From: Octopus vulgaris | Taxonomy: Eukaryota | Reading direction: 5' to 3' | Length of the DNA stretch: 64,000 nucleotides | Assembly: GCA_951406725.2 (NCBI GenBank) | Contig: OX597817.1 | Span: forward strand, 45,136,001-45,200,000 | Part shown: one piece after another, positions 41,136 to 55,295 of the stretch | How the letters are laid out: every line of letters starts with the position of its first letter | Position numbering within the stretch: position 1 is the first letter of the stretch | Position numbers and translations under genes: made by a program | The notes under the pieces: model-generated | What the model was told of the DNA's origin: nothing | Database searches by the model: none | The model's input: only the letters and a program-made list of their open reading frames with translations

Positions 41136-41138
<3 letters not shown>
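40860..41138 (+). mobile_element. Short element adjoining (TA)n, possible pLTR-type fragment
   Basis: Unique block between microsatellites with only a vestigial CTGG..TCAGCCGAAA stem. Confidence 0.25.
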
Positions 41139-41192
<54 letters not shown>

Positions 41193-41244
41193 CATACACC
41201 TGTCCTCGTCTTTGGTTTATCTACTACATATATTTATATATATA

Positions 41245-41522
41245 TCACCGTGACCGACCACGATATCAGATGTTGCTACAATGCGCTTCGCATTGTTTTC
41301 GCCTTCAAATGACGCCACCCTGCTGGTTAAGCGAGCAGGCCAACAGAAGAAAGAGTAAGAGAAAGTTGTGGCGAAAGAGTACATCAGAGATCGCCACCAC
41401 CTCTTGCCGGGGCATCGTGGAGCTTTAGGTGTTTTCGCGCAATAAACACTCACAACACCCGTACTGGGAAACGAAACCGCAATTCTACGACCGCGAGCCC
41501 GCTGCCCTAACCACTGCGCCTC

Positions 41523-41524
<2 letters not shown>
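41245..41524 (-). mobile_element. tRNA-derived SINE (group C) with alternative 3' part
   Basis: Head and middle match 39526-39903, then diverge after the CTTTCTCTTACT block. Confidence 0.8.
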
Positions 41525-41621
<97 letters not shown>

Positions 41622-42055
41622 GCGTACATACACATACACACACACACATATTGCCTACATGATTTTAGAAATGTTGGATTCTAACAATTTCATAGTTTTA
41701 ATCATATGGTATTATTAATACGTAGATAAACACATTAACTACTAAACAGACACACAAATGCTTCTTTCATGTAGATATTTCTAATAACATTGTACGTGTG
41801 AGTATTAGGAGGCCAATTCCGATAAGCTATGGCTCTGATTCGGTTTTCTGCAACGTTACACCATTCGCATATATTCATGCTTTAATAGATTAAACGCATG
41901 TTTACAAATAAGAATTGAACGTCATTAGAATATATGTGCTGGTATGTTTGTCTCTGTTATATACATACGCATATATGTGTGCGTGCTTTTATGTGTGTGC
42001 CTGTGTGTGTACTTATGCGTTGACGTCATATGTCAAACTTCGACTTTATTAAACT

Positions 42056-42265
42056 CTTTATTGTCCACGGGGGGGGGCTAAACATAGAGGGGACAAACAA
42101 GGACAGACAAAGGGATTAAGTCGATTAGATCGACCCCAGTGCGTAACTGGTACTTAATTTGTCGACCCCGAAAAGATGAAAGGGGTAAGTCGACCTCGGC
42201 GGAATTTGAATTCAGGCTGTTAAGCATTTCGCCCGGCGTGCTAACGTTTCTACCAGCTCGATTAC
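42056..42265 (-). mobile_element. SINE family B monomer, internal deletion
   Basis: Collinear with other family B copies. Confidence 0.85.
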
Positions 42266-42625
42266 GTCTCCTGTTACATCGTTCCAAAGCAAAAAGTATA
42301 AAATTATCGTGTACTCTTGGATTCTCTAAATTCCTATAAATTCTTGAACATGCTATTCTCAAAGGGACAAATAAAGTTTTTTTTTATTATGGCGAGACAA
42401 TGTCGGTGGACTCCATTGTTCCATTTGTACAACGTTCATGTTCGAATCCCATGTACAGGCTTCGACTTATTTTTTTCCAATCTTGTCAAACTATCCAACT
42501 ATTATTCATAGCTTTATCCCTTTCCATTTTCACTGTTCCCCAACAACGTATTATATACATGTGTGTGTATGCGTGTGTGCGTGCGTGCCACCATGGTCAC
42601 AGACTTAGGGCTGAATCGTGTAAAA

Positions 42626-42667
<42 letters not shown>

Positions 42668-42669
<2 letters not shown>

Positions 42670-42877
42670 TATTATTAAGAACGCCATTTTGGGTCGTTAG
42701 CCCCTACACGCAATTTTTTTCTCTCCTTGTTTCTTTTCTGTGTATCTTTCTGTCGAAGAGCGTAGGCTCGAAACGTAAAAGACTTGTTTTATTTCTATTC
42801 CTGAGCGCCATACTAATACATTGTTTGTTTGTACTCCACCTGCCTTCGTCTTTTGTTTATTTTCGTAAACCTTCTCG

Positions 42878-42878
<1 letters not shown>
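42668..42878 (+). mobile_element. ~210-bp solo element between two (TA)n arrays carrying a hammerhead motif
   Basis: Bounded by TA arrays on both sides; motif at 42745-42782. Confidence 0.6.
42745..42782 (+). ncRNA. Minimal type-I hammerhead ribozyme motif (A6U variant)
   Basis: TCTTT-CTGTCGA-A-GAGC GTAG GCTC-GAAACGTA-AAAGA: perfect 5-bp stem I, 4-bp stem II, palindromic ACGT helix III, GUA triplet. Confidence 0.65.
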
Positions 42879-42940
<62 letters not shown>

Positions 42941-44304
42941 CGTGTTTGTGTGTGTTTGTGCGTGTGCGTGATTGTGTATGTTTGCGTGCGTGCTAGTGTG
43001 TATGTTTGAGTGCGTCCGCGTGAGGGTGTATGCATACAAAAACACAATTATATACATGTCACCAGGGGACGTTACTCGCAAGGGAGTATAACGTAACAGC
43101 AGCTACTTTGGTTTCGTTGTTATAGAAGGCTATGTAGTCGCGAGTTATCATCCATAACTTCTCTGTCTCTAGCCCGCCCTCCAGTGAAAGATAGAGCAAT
43201 TAATGTTGAAAGGAGAGAATGCTGTACGAGTAACATGAAATACTTCCTAATTTTTCTGAAATCAGGAAACAAACATTCGGTTGATTTAGTAAGATACAGG
43301 AATTCCGACTGTAAATTAGGAAGAAAAAATAAATACGAATGAGTCGATAGAGCTGTAGTCATACAAATTAGTTTCAAATTCCCGATGAACGTATTACATT
43401 TTATTCAACATGATTACAGCCATTAAGGTACCATAAAGTTTATTAAATTAACTTTAAATGTGGCTTGCTGTTCATAGGTGCTTGAAACAGGAGTGATAAT
43501 TGTATTTTTGGATAATGATATGCGTTGGTTAAGATACCAATTAAAAACTATGTAAATGCAACGGCATTTATGGGCATCATGTATAGTGATGCATTCTTAT
43601 ATTCGAGTAAGATATTCGTCAAATGTTGAGCTCTTTCGTATCATACGCTTAATGCTGAATACCTAGAAGGTGTCATATATATGTATATATATATAAATAA
43701 CATATACATTTGTACGAGTTTATAATATACATATATATTATTTTATATTTTTATATTTTATGTAAATATATACATGTGTATACACACGCATACACACACA
43801 TATAATCATATTTGAATGCGTTTTCCACTCATATTTATATGTATATATATATATTTACAAGCGTGAGTATATATATACACACACATATATACACGTCATC
43901 ATATAGCAGTTTCTGAGTAATATTAATACTGGCAGTTATCGTAAAATACTGCTCTCCTATCTTAAATAATATACTATACTGTGCTATGGCTTATATACAA
44001 AGATATACGTTTGGGATATAGATAAATCAGGATACCTTTAAAGGAATATCCTCCTCTTTTAGCAGTCACATTATCCATCTTCTGCTCTTGCGCTTCAATC
44101 ATCAGTTCCACGTCTTCTTGTATTTCAGATCAAGAAAAGAAATATAGCTTTTCAATTTTGTAATTTTTTTAACCCATCCGCTTTGCTGACAGCCTTGTTG
44201 CTTAGTTTCCTGCATAAAATCGATAGAACATTTATGTGAAAAACAAAAGATTTACGTACAATATATCCACAGTCAGACTGACACATATGCGAAACTAGAA
44301 ACAC

Positions 44305-44356
44305 ATGCATGAACACACATACACATACATTTATACATATAAACATATACATCCTA

Positions 44357-44394
<38 letters not shown>

Positions 44395-44554
44395 CACATA
44401 CTTATATATATATGTGAAATATACTTGCATATGCGTTTTTGCACCAATTATTTTATGTTTTAAAATTATATATATTTTTATTCACTTCCGTCCATATGTA
44501 TACGTATAGATAGGAATATATATACATACATACATACATACATACATACATACA

Positions 44555-44631
<77 letters not shown>

Positions 44632-44760
44632 ACTTGTGTATGTGTATCTATGTGGCTCCATATGTATCTAGCTATATATATATATATATATACACCCACA
44701 ATCATTCATACATCCATACATAAGTATAATATATATATATATATATATTATACGTATATA
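44305..44760. repeat. Compound (TA)n/(CATA)n microsatellites
   Basis: Seen directly. Confidence 0.93.
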
Positions 44761-46619
44761 TGTATGAATGAATGTGGGTGCATTTATGGCAGGTACGCAT
44801 ACACATGCTCAAACGCACTTTTATAATCAAATTGTGTATATATACGTTGTGGGTGATTATATTCAGTTGTCCGTGAATCTGTCAGTTGTGTAGAATTTGC
44901 CACACATTTGTATTTTAATTCCATCACGCATGTACGTGGTTATTTGTGTATACATACATTCGTAAAAAAAAGATACAGCAATATGTTTTACATTTGAAGT
45001 TTTTATGCTTAATTATGTTTTGGCTTTTGTTTTTGACTATTTTCTGCGATTATTGTTGTATTTCTAATTACATTTCTATTTATTGTGACGCTGTTAATTT
45101 TTTTCCATGTTCGAAGCTACAAAAATTGTTAATATATGCAGCCATTTTTTTTCACATCAATAGCAATTTCCTACGGCATCTTTCACTTCAAGTTAAGCTT
45201 ATTATTTTGCTTTGCTCTAAGCTTATCATTGCAATGAATCCACTATAACAGTTCTTTACTCTAATGTTTTGTTTTTGTAAACAAAATGCTCTGTACGTTT
45301 TACGTTTTAACTCTACTACTAAAAAATTACCTTGAAGCAATTAAAAAAATCCAGCTTGTGGATAAGAAAAATTGTGTGTCTGAAAACCTAATTCCAACTC
45401 TCTTGAAAAATTAGAAATAGAGATAAATATGTTTTAAATATATGCCAAGAAGAGTCATAGCTGATGGCTGGCTAAATGATTGGCGACAACACACATACAT
45501 ACATTAATATATTTGTGCACGTGTGTATGTGTGTGTTATAGATATGAATGAATATGAAATTCATTTTAAAATAGTATACTTCATTATTCAATTTCGTGTG
45601 AAAGAAACACCCTGTGTTTGTGGAAATTATCGTATACCAGGCTTTTGAACGATCCGTTTTACTGTGTATTGTGCTTTCAGAATTAAAATACTTCCATTAA
45701 AATTAATTTAAAAATTATTCTTATAATTCGAAAAAGATCCCAATTTTCTGAATGCATTGCTGCTGTCATCTATTTGTATTTATCTTTTTCAGTTGAATAT
45801 TCTCTGTTTGAATCTAAACAATGTTCACCGAAGGTTGTTTTTAGTATGTGGAAATATATAAATTAAAACCTTCCACTAAAGGAATCAATGTCTAAATTAC
45901 GGAAGATAAAAATGAAATACAGACGTGTACGGAGTGACCATACTTTGCCAGAGAAGGAATGAGTAGATGCTACTTCAGGAATTTCGACTCAAGTCATAAT
46001 TACTACATAACTTCCGTTTTATACGATGGAATAACCGTCATGACATGCTTCTTAGAGGATGTGTCTATATTAATTTATGTTTCAATTTTTATATTTCATT
46101 TGTAAACAAATCCATCTGTGATGGCGGCCAATCTGAGTGGAAGCATCAAAATTTAAGGATATTTGCAAATGTTTCTAGCAGCTATGAAATTGCAAACCAT
46201 CTTTTACTAGGTGTCATTTTCCAAAGAACATTTATTTAATCGTCCAGAATTCCGAAAAGTCAAATATAGAACACTTTGCCTCAAGAATTTTGCGAAATTT
46301 TCGCTAACATTCAGAAGACGACGATTTGAGGGATATATCTAAAACACATTTGAAGGAAATATATTGACATATTATTCAATGACAATAAGCTGCGTGCTGT
46401 CTGTAGCTGATGCCAAAGACATCAAGCACTTTGCTTGCTGTTTTTTGAGTAGCTTAAAAAGTAAGACAAATGGGTTTAATGATGTGATCTTAGACAGTGT
46501 GTCCAGGAGACGTATATGTTAAATGATGATGAGCAACATGTATTTTTGAAAGATTTTAAATACTGTGCATAAAAGGTGAATTGTGTCTGTAATGGTGTTT
46601 TATTTTGATATAAAATTTC

Positions 46620-47000
46620 AACAACCAACCACATGGTTCCGGGTTTAGTCCCACTGCGTGGCATCTTGGGCAAGTGTCTTCTGCTATAGCCCCGGGCCGA
46701 CCAATGCCTTGTGAGTGGATTTGGTAGACGGAAACTGAAAGAAGCATGTCGTATATATATATATATATAAGTGTGTGTGAATATGTTTGTGTGTCTGTGT
46801 TTGTTTCCTCTAGCATTGCTTCACAACCGATGCTGGTGTGTTTACGTCCCTGTCACTTAGTGGTTCGGCAAAAGTAACCGATAGAATAAGTACTGGGCTT
46901 ACAAAAAATAAGTCCCGGCGTCGATTTGCTCGACTAAAGGCGGTGCTCCAGCATGGCCGCAGTCAAATGACTGAAACAAGTAAAAAGAGTAAAAAAAAGA
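46620..47000 (+). mobile_element. SINE family A, head slightly truncated
   Basis: Reverse complement of 163-560; tail GGCGGTGCTCCAGCATGGCCGCAGTCAAATGACTGAAACAAGTAAAAAGAGTAAAA. Confidence 0.88.
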
Positions 47001-47640
47001 GAATTTTTCCGAGTATTTCATTTTTTGAGATTCGGAGATTTAGGCTAAGCAGCCGAATTTGTCAATGAATTTAAAATCTCCAGGTTTTAAGAGCAAGGTT
47101 TAAAGTGTCCATATTTAGCATTATCACTATTCAAAACATATCACTGGTATAGTGTTTAGAGTAGGAAATATAGAAAAGGCTATATAAACTTTTCACTTTA
47201 AAGAATAATGATATTACTGTGGTACTGATATATATATATATATATATATATATTCTTTAGTCATTGCACGGTGATCGCTTATAAGCTTTAGGCTTATAAA
47301 ATACTATCATTATTATTTGCAGAATCGTAAAAATCGACACTGCTTCGTATGTCATAAACGACTGTTCAAAAGTGAATATCATTCAAATATATTAGTATCA
47401 TTCCATTTAATGAATGTTACTGACCCTCATGCAATAATATGCTATTCAGGTCTGCATTTCAGAAATATATCGTGATGTAGCTTTCTTTATAACGCACATT
47501 ATTCAAATTATTTAAAACTAGCATCGGAAATCCGTTAAACGTCCTTCGTAAAGATCTCTGGCAAAACAGATAGAGAAAGCCAGTAAACTTGCAGCAAGGT
47601 GTGAATAAAACATGTAAGTACATTAAAAAGTAACGCCTAT

Positions 47641-47968
47641 TGTTGTATTTAGGGATGGTCATTTTGCCAGTTTAGCCAATAAAAACACATGCACTATATA
47701 TTTGGTGTTAATTTGCTTCAGCTTTATTTATTTTTTACATTAATCTTAATCTTATTTAGGCCAGAGGTCTTTCGTTACACAAATAAGAAACACACAAATA
47801 AGAAAGAAGCAAAGGACTACTGATGAGGTCACAGAAGTGTGACGAAAGAACTCTGGCCGAAATATTAATGTAAAAATAAAATAAGCTGAAGCAAATTAAC
47901 ACCAAATATATATAGTGCGTGTGTTTTTATTGGCTAAACTGGCAACATGACCATCCCTAAATACCACA
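47641..47968. mobile_element. Fold-back element (~130-bp inverted arms), putative inverted Penelope pLTR pair
   Basis: Arms 47641-47780 and ~47837-47968; hammerhead motif at the inner edge of the right arm. Confidence 0.78.
47814..47858 (+). ncRNA. Minimal type-I hammerhead ribozyme motif
   Basis: GGACTA-CTGATGA-G-GTCACA GAAG TGTGAC-GAAAGAACTC-TGGCC: intact core, perfect 6-bp stem II, CUC triplet, stem I with one bulge. Confidence 0.7.
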
Positions 47969-48534
47969 TCTGTTTCAACACACGATTTCACATCAAGACT
48001 CTTGCAAAACAAATATATAAACGTAACAATGTATCGCCTATTTGTGTAATAACAAAGAAAACACTCACGTAGTTGTGAAATTATAAAATAATAACAGAGC
48101 AAAGCAAGCTTTCTAAAAGGCTACGTAAAATTTCTGTATTAAATTTTTGAATGTGTGTGATACTCTGTTACTGGAATGAAAATGCAGATATTAGAATTCA
48201 GTTTCCTAATGTAATCAAACACCGAGAAGGCTATGAATAGGGACACGGTTAGTAGACGTTTTGTAAAACATTCCTCTGAGAATTGTAATGATAGATCCGT
48301 GGAGTACATAAATACTTTAACACTGACATCTTCAAATGATTCGGGAACTAATGGTTGAAGTGTATTTATACACACATGAATATTTCCCCATGCTATCTTG
48401 AGCATATTTTAAAATTGACACGATTTCTACTCGAAAATATACAAACTTTTATATAATTATACTGTTTGAAATAGATAAGTAATAACATAAGCAAGCATGC
48501 ATGCTGAAGTATGAAGAAAGGTATACAATTATTT

Positions 48535-48938
48535 ATTTATTTATTTATTGCCCACAGGGGATAAACATAGAGGGGACAAACAAGGACAGACAAACGGATG
48601 AAGTCGATTATATCGATCCCAGTGCGAAACTGGTACCTATTTAAACGACCCTGAAAGGATGAAAGGCAAAGTCGACCTCGGCGGAATTTGAACTCAGAAC
48701 GTAACGGTAGACGAAATACATATTTCCTTATTACCCACAAGGGGCTAAACACAGAAGGGACAAACAAGGACAGACAAACGGATTAAGTCGATTATATCGA
48801 CTCCAGTGTGTAACTGGTACTTAATTTATCGACGCCGAAAGAATGAAAGGCAAGGTCGACTTCGGCGGAATTTGAACTCAGAACGTAACGGCAGACGAAA
48901 TACCGCTATATATAACGTTTCTGCCAGCTCGCCGCCTT
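48535..48938 (-). mobile_element. SINE family B dimer with TSD
   Basis: Two ~180-bp units; flanks AAGGTATACAATTATT / AAGGTATAAAAATATT. Confidence 0.87.
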
Positions 48939-49385
48939 CAAGGTATAAAAATATTCTTAATCATATCGCGTTGAATTTTCGGGATTTTATGATGAATTCA
49001 ACATTGATAAATATCAAGTGAAATTTGAAATTGTTATATGAATCACTGTCTTATTTTTGTCAGAATTAAAATGTCTCTATGCCTTAATTAATTAAATACT
49101 ATCACTGTTGTATGCAGCCGCAAATATAATTTGTCCCGTTCTCTATTCATGTTTATTTTGTCTGATAATCTAAGGAATCATTTTGTTCGAGAGAAGCAAA
49201 CGTATATTTTCATCAGTGTTGTACATTGAGTGTTGTAGATTGAGTTAGTCTGATAAAGAATTGTTAATGAGGTTAAGTATTTGGTTGCTATAATACCTGT
49301 GAATCCAATCAATATATTATTTACATAATCTAAATACTTGTCTCTCTATACGCAGCACTGTTGCAAACTTTATCTTATATACTGG

Positions 49386-49420
<35 letters not shown>

Positions 49421-50004
49421 AATCAAAATAACGTAAACGATTTTAATTATTGGAAAGCTTAAATTGGTTTTACGCAAGAAAAGATAACTTAAGATTTACA
49501 CCATTTAGATATAATTGTATAAAGCCAAGTAAAATAGCAAAATTATGGAAACTAAGAAATTAATTACTGAAATATTTGGCCTTATTAATTATTGATTTCA
49601 GACATTGATCTTTAATTGAAGTCGTTAGCTATAAAAGAATAACTATGGAATATTTAATGGTTATGGTTTGTTTATAGTTTAATTTATAACTAAGAGATTA
49701 TACTTTATCCAGACAACATATTAACGTGAATGGAGAGAAAGCTAGGCGTGTAAAACAGTGAAGTTTGCATGATAGTATGTGTAGAGTGACGTTAAATTAA
49801 CTAGAACAAGACAAAATACAATATGGTGATAATTTTCTTGTGTTAAAAACTGTGTAAAACATAAAGCTGACTATTGAATGTAGCTGAGTACTTGACACGA
49901 TCAGAATAGAAAACAACATTATATTCTGTTGGAATCGCTATTTCCGAGACAAGTTAAAATGTATCCAGGCATCACCTAAAAGTGATGATACGAAACATTG
50001 TATA

Positions 50005-50270
50005 TATTTCTTTACTACCCACAAGGGGCTAATCACAGAGGGGACAAACAAGGACAGCCAAAGGGATTAAGTCGATTATATCGACCCCAGTGCGTAACTG
50101 GTACTTATTTTATCGATCCCGAAAGGATGAAAGGAAACGTCGACCTCGGTGGAATTTGAACTCAGACGGCAGACGAAATACCTATTTCTTTACTACCCAC
50201 AAGGGGCTAAACACAGAGAGGACAAACAAGGACAGACAAACGGATTAAGTCGATTATATCGAACCCAGTG
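50005..50270 (-). mobile_element. SINE family B, headless 1.5 units
   Basis: Collinear with the B unit; breaks at CCCAGTGC. Confidence 0.85.
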
Positions 50271-50407
50271 CTTTGTGCATGAAGAAATTATTGTAGGGCG
50301 CAGATTCTCATGCATAGGGACGGATGCCAAAATATTTTCTATAAATTCAAATTGTTCTTTCCGGACAATATAACACAACTAATTCTATCATAAGGATGTA
50401 TTTATTA

Positions 50408-50661
50408 GGTGGTGAGCTGGCAGAAACGTTAGCACACCGGGCGAAATGCTTAGCGGTATTTCGTCTGCCGTTACGTTCTGAGTTCAAATTCCGCCGAGGT
50501 CGACTTTGCCTTTCATCATTTCGGGGTCGATTAAATAATTACCAGTTACGCACTGGGCTCGATATAATCGACTTAATCCGTTTGTTTGTCCTCATTTTTC
50601 CTCTCTGTGTTTAGCCCCTTGTGGGTAGTAAAGAAATAGGTATTTCGTCTGCCGTTACGTT
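50408..50661 (+). mobile_element. SINE family B head plus unit, part of a local duplication
   Basis: Preceded by ~140 bp nearly identical to 52432-52571. Confidence 0.85.
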
Positions 50662-50974
50662 ACCATATACGCGCGTGCACAGGTTTTATATGACAGTTTA
50701 AGCCTAGCATGTACAAGATATATACTATAAAAATCTTCATCATAACAGAAATTATTGCCCTTAATATGTACAGGATAATATTTTATCAGTGTACATCAAA
50801 ACAAAATACTCAATCTAAGTACGTTATCGTAACATTGGTAACAATTTACATTGCTCGAACTTAGACTAAATCTTAGTTTAGTGTTTGTATTTGTTCTAGC
50901 ATTTTCAGCCAGCTGTTCGGTTTCTTTTTACGCTTTCTAACGGTTCAGTAAATGTTTATCAATGTTTTTATACG

Positions 50975-51940
<966 letters not shown>

Positions 51941-52572
51941 CACACTACGCCTTTTTATTGAGTTTATAAACCGTATTTGTTTTATCTTGTAGTCTCCTAG
52001 TTCCTTCCAACAATTGTGTAATTGATGTTGATTGTAAGAGTGTGTAATACTGAATGCGATAATAACATAACAAAGTGTTATTTTAATTATGCCTAGAAGT
52101 CTACATGGATTTGTTTCAGTTGACTATGTAAAATTATAAGACTTCCTAGGTATACAAATACGTTACCACAAGACATACAACAGCATATATAACGATAAGT
52201 TTGTCGGCGGAAGGAAAATTATATACAATACGTTATCGATGTTTAATAGACGTAGAGGGAAACATAATCTGCGTACAAAAATAAACACAGACACATGTAG
52301 CCATTAGACATCATACTGAAGCGGAATCAACACACAACTAGAAACTTTACTGAATTCAATATAATATTTAGCATGGGAATAATTTGCCGAAGATCAACAT
52401 TCAAATTACGATACTAGAAATTATTGCCGACGTGCTTTGTGCATGAAGAAATTATAGTAGGGCGCAGATTCTCATACATAGGGACGGATGCCAAAATATT
52501 TTCTATAAATTCAAATTGTTCATTTCGGACAATATAACACAACTATTTCTATCATCAGGATGTATTTATTAG

Positions 52573-53188
52573 AAGGCGGCGAGCTGGCAGAAACGTTAGC
52601 ACACCGGACGAAATGCATAGCCGTATTTCGTCTGCCGTTACGTTCTGGTTTCAAATTCCGCTGAGGTCGACTTTGCCTTTGCCTTTTATCGTTTCGGGGT
52701 CGATAAATTAAGTACCAGTTATGCACTGGGGTCGATGTAATCGACTTAATCCGTTTGTCTGTCCTTGTTTGTACTCTCTGTGTTTAGCCCCTTGTGGGTA
52801 GTAAAGAAATAAAGAAACAGGTATTTCGTCTGCCGTTGCGTTCTGAGTTCCAATTCCGCTGAGGTCGACTTTGCCTTTCATCATTTCGGGGTCGATAAAT
52901 TAAGTACCAGTTACGCACTGGGGTCGATGTAATCGACTTAATCCTTATATCTGTCCTTGTTTGTCCTCTCTGTGTTTAGCCTCTTGTGGGTAGTAAAGAA
53001 ATAGGTATTTCGTCTGCCGTTACTTTCTGAGTTAAAATTCCGCCGAGGTCGACTTTGCCTTTCATCCTTTCGGGGTCGATAAATTAAGTACCAGTTACGC
53101 ACTGGGGTCGATGTAATCGACTTAATCCGTTTCTCTTCCCTTGTTTGCCCCCTCTATGTTTAGCCCCTTGTGGGCAATAAAGAAATAA
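52573..53188 (+). mobile_element. SINE family B trimer with TSD
   Basis: One head plus three ~180-bp units; flanks GGATGTATTTATTA / GGGTGTATTTATCA. Confidence 0.88.
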
Positions 53189-53778
53189 GGGTGTATTTAT
53201 CAGTGTCATGATAATTAGAGTCAAAGACATGTATGAGTAACTTCAATAATACATCAAATATGTTGACAACGTACAGAAGCAGTCAGTTTAATAATGTACT
53301 TCTTTTGGTGAAGATAATAAGATAACATTCACAAGAAATAGTTCCGGTTGCTTTCAAATTAAGAAAATACATTATTCAATTACTTTCTTTTCAGTGATAT
53401 TTTCCGTTGAGTAAAATATTTGTGGCAGTCTGGTGTGTATTTAACCGTATTTCTTAAAAGGTATATTGAATATATTTTCTTCTGATATATTTGGTAATTA
53501 GAAAAGTGGCTTGTTTTTTTTTTTTGTCGCAACGTACGCGACATGTCTCTTATGTGAAGCCCTCAATTCGTTATCCATGTCTATCTATTAATTTTATTTT
53601 GAATGTTTCTAATAACATTTCGTAGCATGGGTAAAATATGTGTACCAATAATGAAAATATCATCATCATCATCATTGTTCATTATTATTATTTACCATTA
53701 TGTTCAATACCACATCTTTAGAAACAATAGCAATAAGAATATCAACAGCTGCGGTGACGGTGATAGTGTGCTAATATT

Positions 53779-53801
53779 ATTAGTAGTAGTAGTAGAAGTA
53801 T

Positions 53802-53832
<31 letters not shown>
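53779..53832. repeat. (TAG)n microsatellite
   Basis: Seen directly. Confidence 0.95.
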
Positions 53833-54625
53833 TGCTGTTGGTCTTGTAGTTCCAATTAGTTACAATAAATTAATTAACTTAAAAGCATCAATTTACAGTC
53901 ATGGATATGTTGGTCAGGTATCAGGACTCAACGGTTTTCAGAACTTGTTAAATAGCTACACAATATATCAATAACAGCAGTGTAATATTGTGTGCTTCAA
54001 CAAAGTTGGCGAAGTGATCTTATTGAAATAATATCCGGATTTCTGTAACGAAATTAGTAGTAAATTCATTAGTTAATTACACCATGAATTAATCAACTGT
54101 TGGTCATCACCATGTGACACCGATTACCGGGATTCCCATTTAAGCAATAGGAAAATATTTGGTGGCTATAATGGTAAATTAAATAGATCATAGCACAAAG
54201 CTAGTTTCGATTTATTACTTACAGAACTGCTAGACCATTTAAATGTCAACTCAGCTAGTTAGCTTGGAAGGCTTGTGTTATAAGAATACTACATCATACA
54301 CTGAAACGAAAATCAGCACCCGAAATAAATCCCACCTTGTATATCAAGGAAAACCTATGCATCAGGGCATATGTGACCATCAGTTAATAATACTACTCAG
54401 GCTGTCACATCATTATGAAATACTACGGATCGTAAGTGATGATACGAAACATTGTATAATCACAAAACACAATCAAAAATTAATCTCTCTTGCTAAAAGT
54501 TACTTTTATATATGACATTGGGGAAAAAAACAAAAAAAATTAATGGTTTTATAGAATTTAGTCGGAAATGTAACCCCACTTGTAGTTTATCAAAATATGG
54601 TCAGAGATCTTGTTGAAATAATATC

Positions 54626-55295
54626 TCATTGCACCCTCTAACATGCCGCGTCTTCAGGCGATGTTAATCTCAGAGTACATTATCCAATGTACAAGAAATA
54701 CATTTATATAATATTTTATTTAGCATACCGATATATAACATGGGAAGAACATTATAATGTCAAATTGGATACGGATGTTTTGAAAATATAATATTTTCTG
54801 TAATAAGCATGTCACAATAATTTGTTTAGTCCCTTATGGGTAGTAAATAAATAGGTATTTCGTTTGCCGTTACGTTCTGAGTTCAAATTCCGCCGAGGTC
54901 GATTTTGCCTTACATCCTTTCGGGGTCGATTAAATAAGTACCAGTTACGCACTGGGTCGATATAATCGACTTAATCCGTTTGTTTGTCCTTGTTTGTTCT
55001 CTCTATGTTTAGCCCCTTGTGGGTAATAAAGAAACGGGTATTTTGTCTGCAGCTACGTTATGAGTTCAAATTCCGCCGAGGTCAAATTTGAGGAGAGGTT
55101 CATTGCAACCTCTAAAATGCCTCGTCTTCAGGCGATGTTAATCTCAGAGCAAATTATCCAATGTATAAGAAATACATTTATATAATATTTTATTTAGCAT
55201 ACCGATATATAACACGGGGAGAACATTATGATATCAAATTAGATAAGGGGGTTTTGGAAATATAATATTTTCTGTAATAAGCATGTCACAATAAT
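54626..55295. repeat. 196-bp direct duplication enclosing a headless SINE B fragment (54822-55090)
   Basis: 54626-54821 aligns with 55100-55295 along its length. Confidence 0.88.

Noticed and set aside
43057-43450. Block starting TGTCAC, possible solo LTR
   Set aside because: No matching CA end, TSD or second copy identified.
52573-53188. Regularly repeated ~180-bp units as a CRISPR-like array
   Set aside because: Units are contiguous with no unique spacers, the context is eukaryotic, and they sit in a TSD-flanked SINE.
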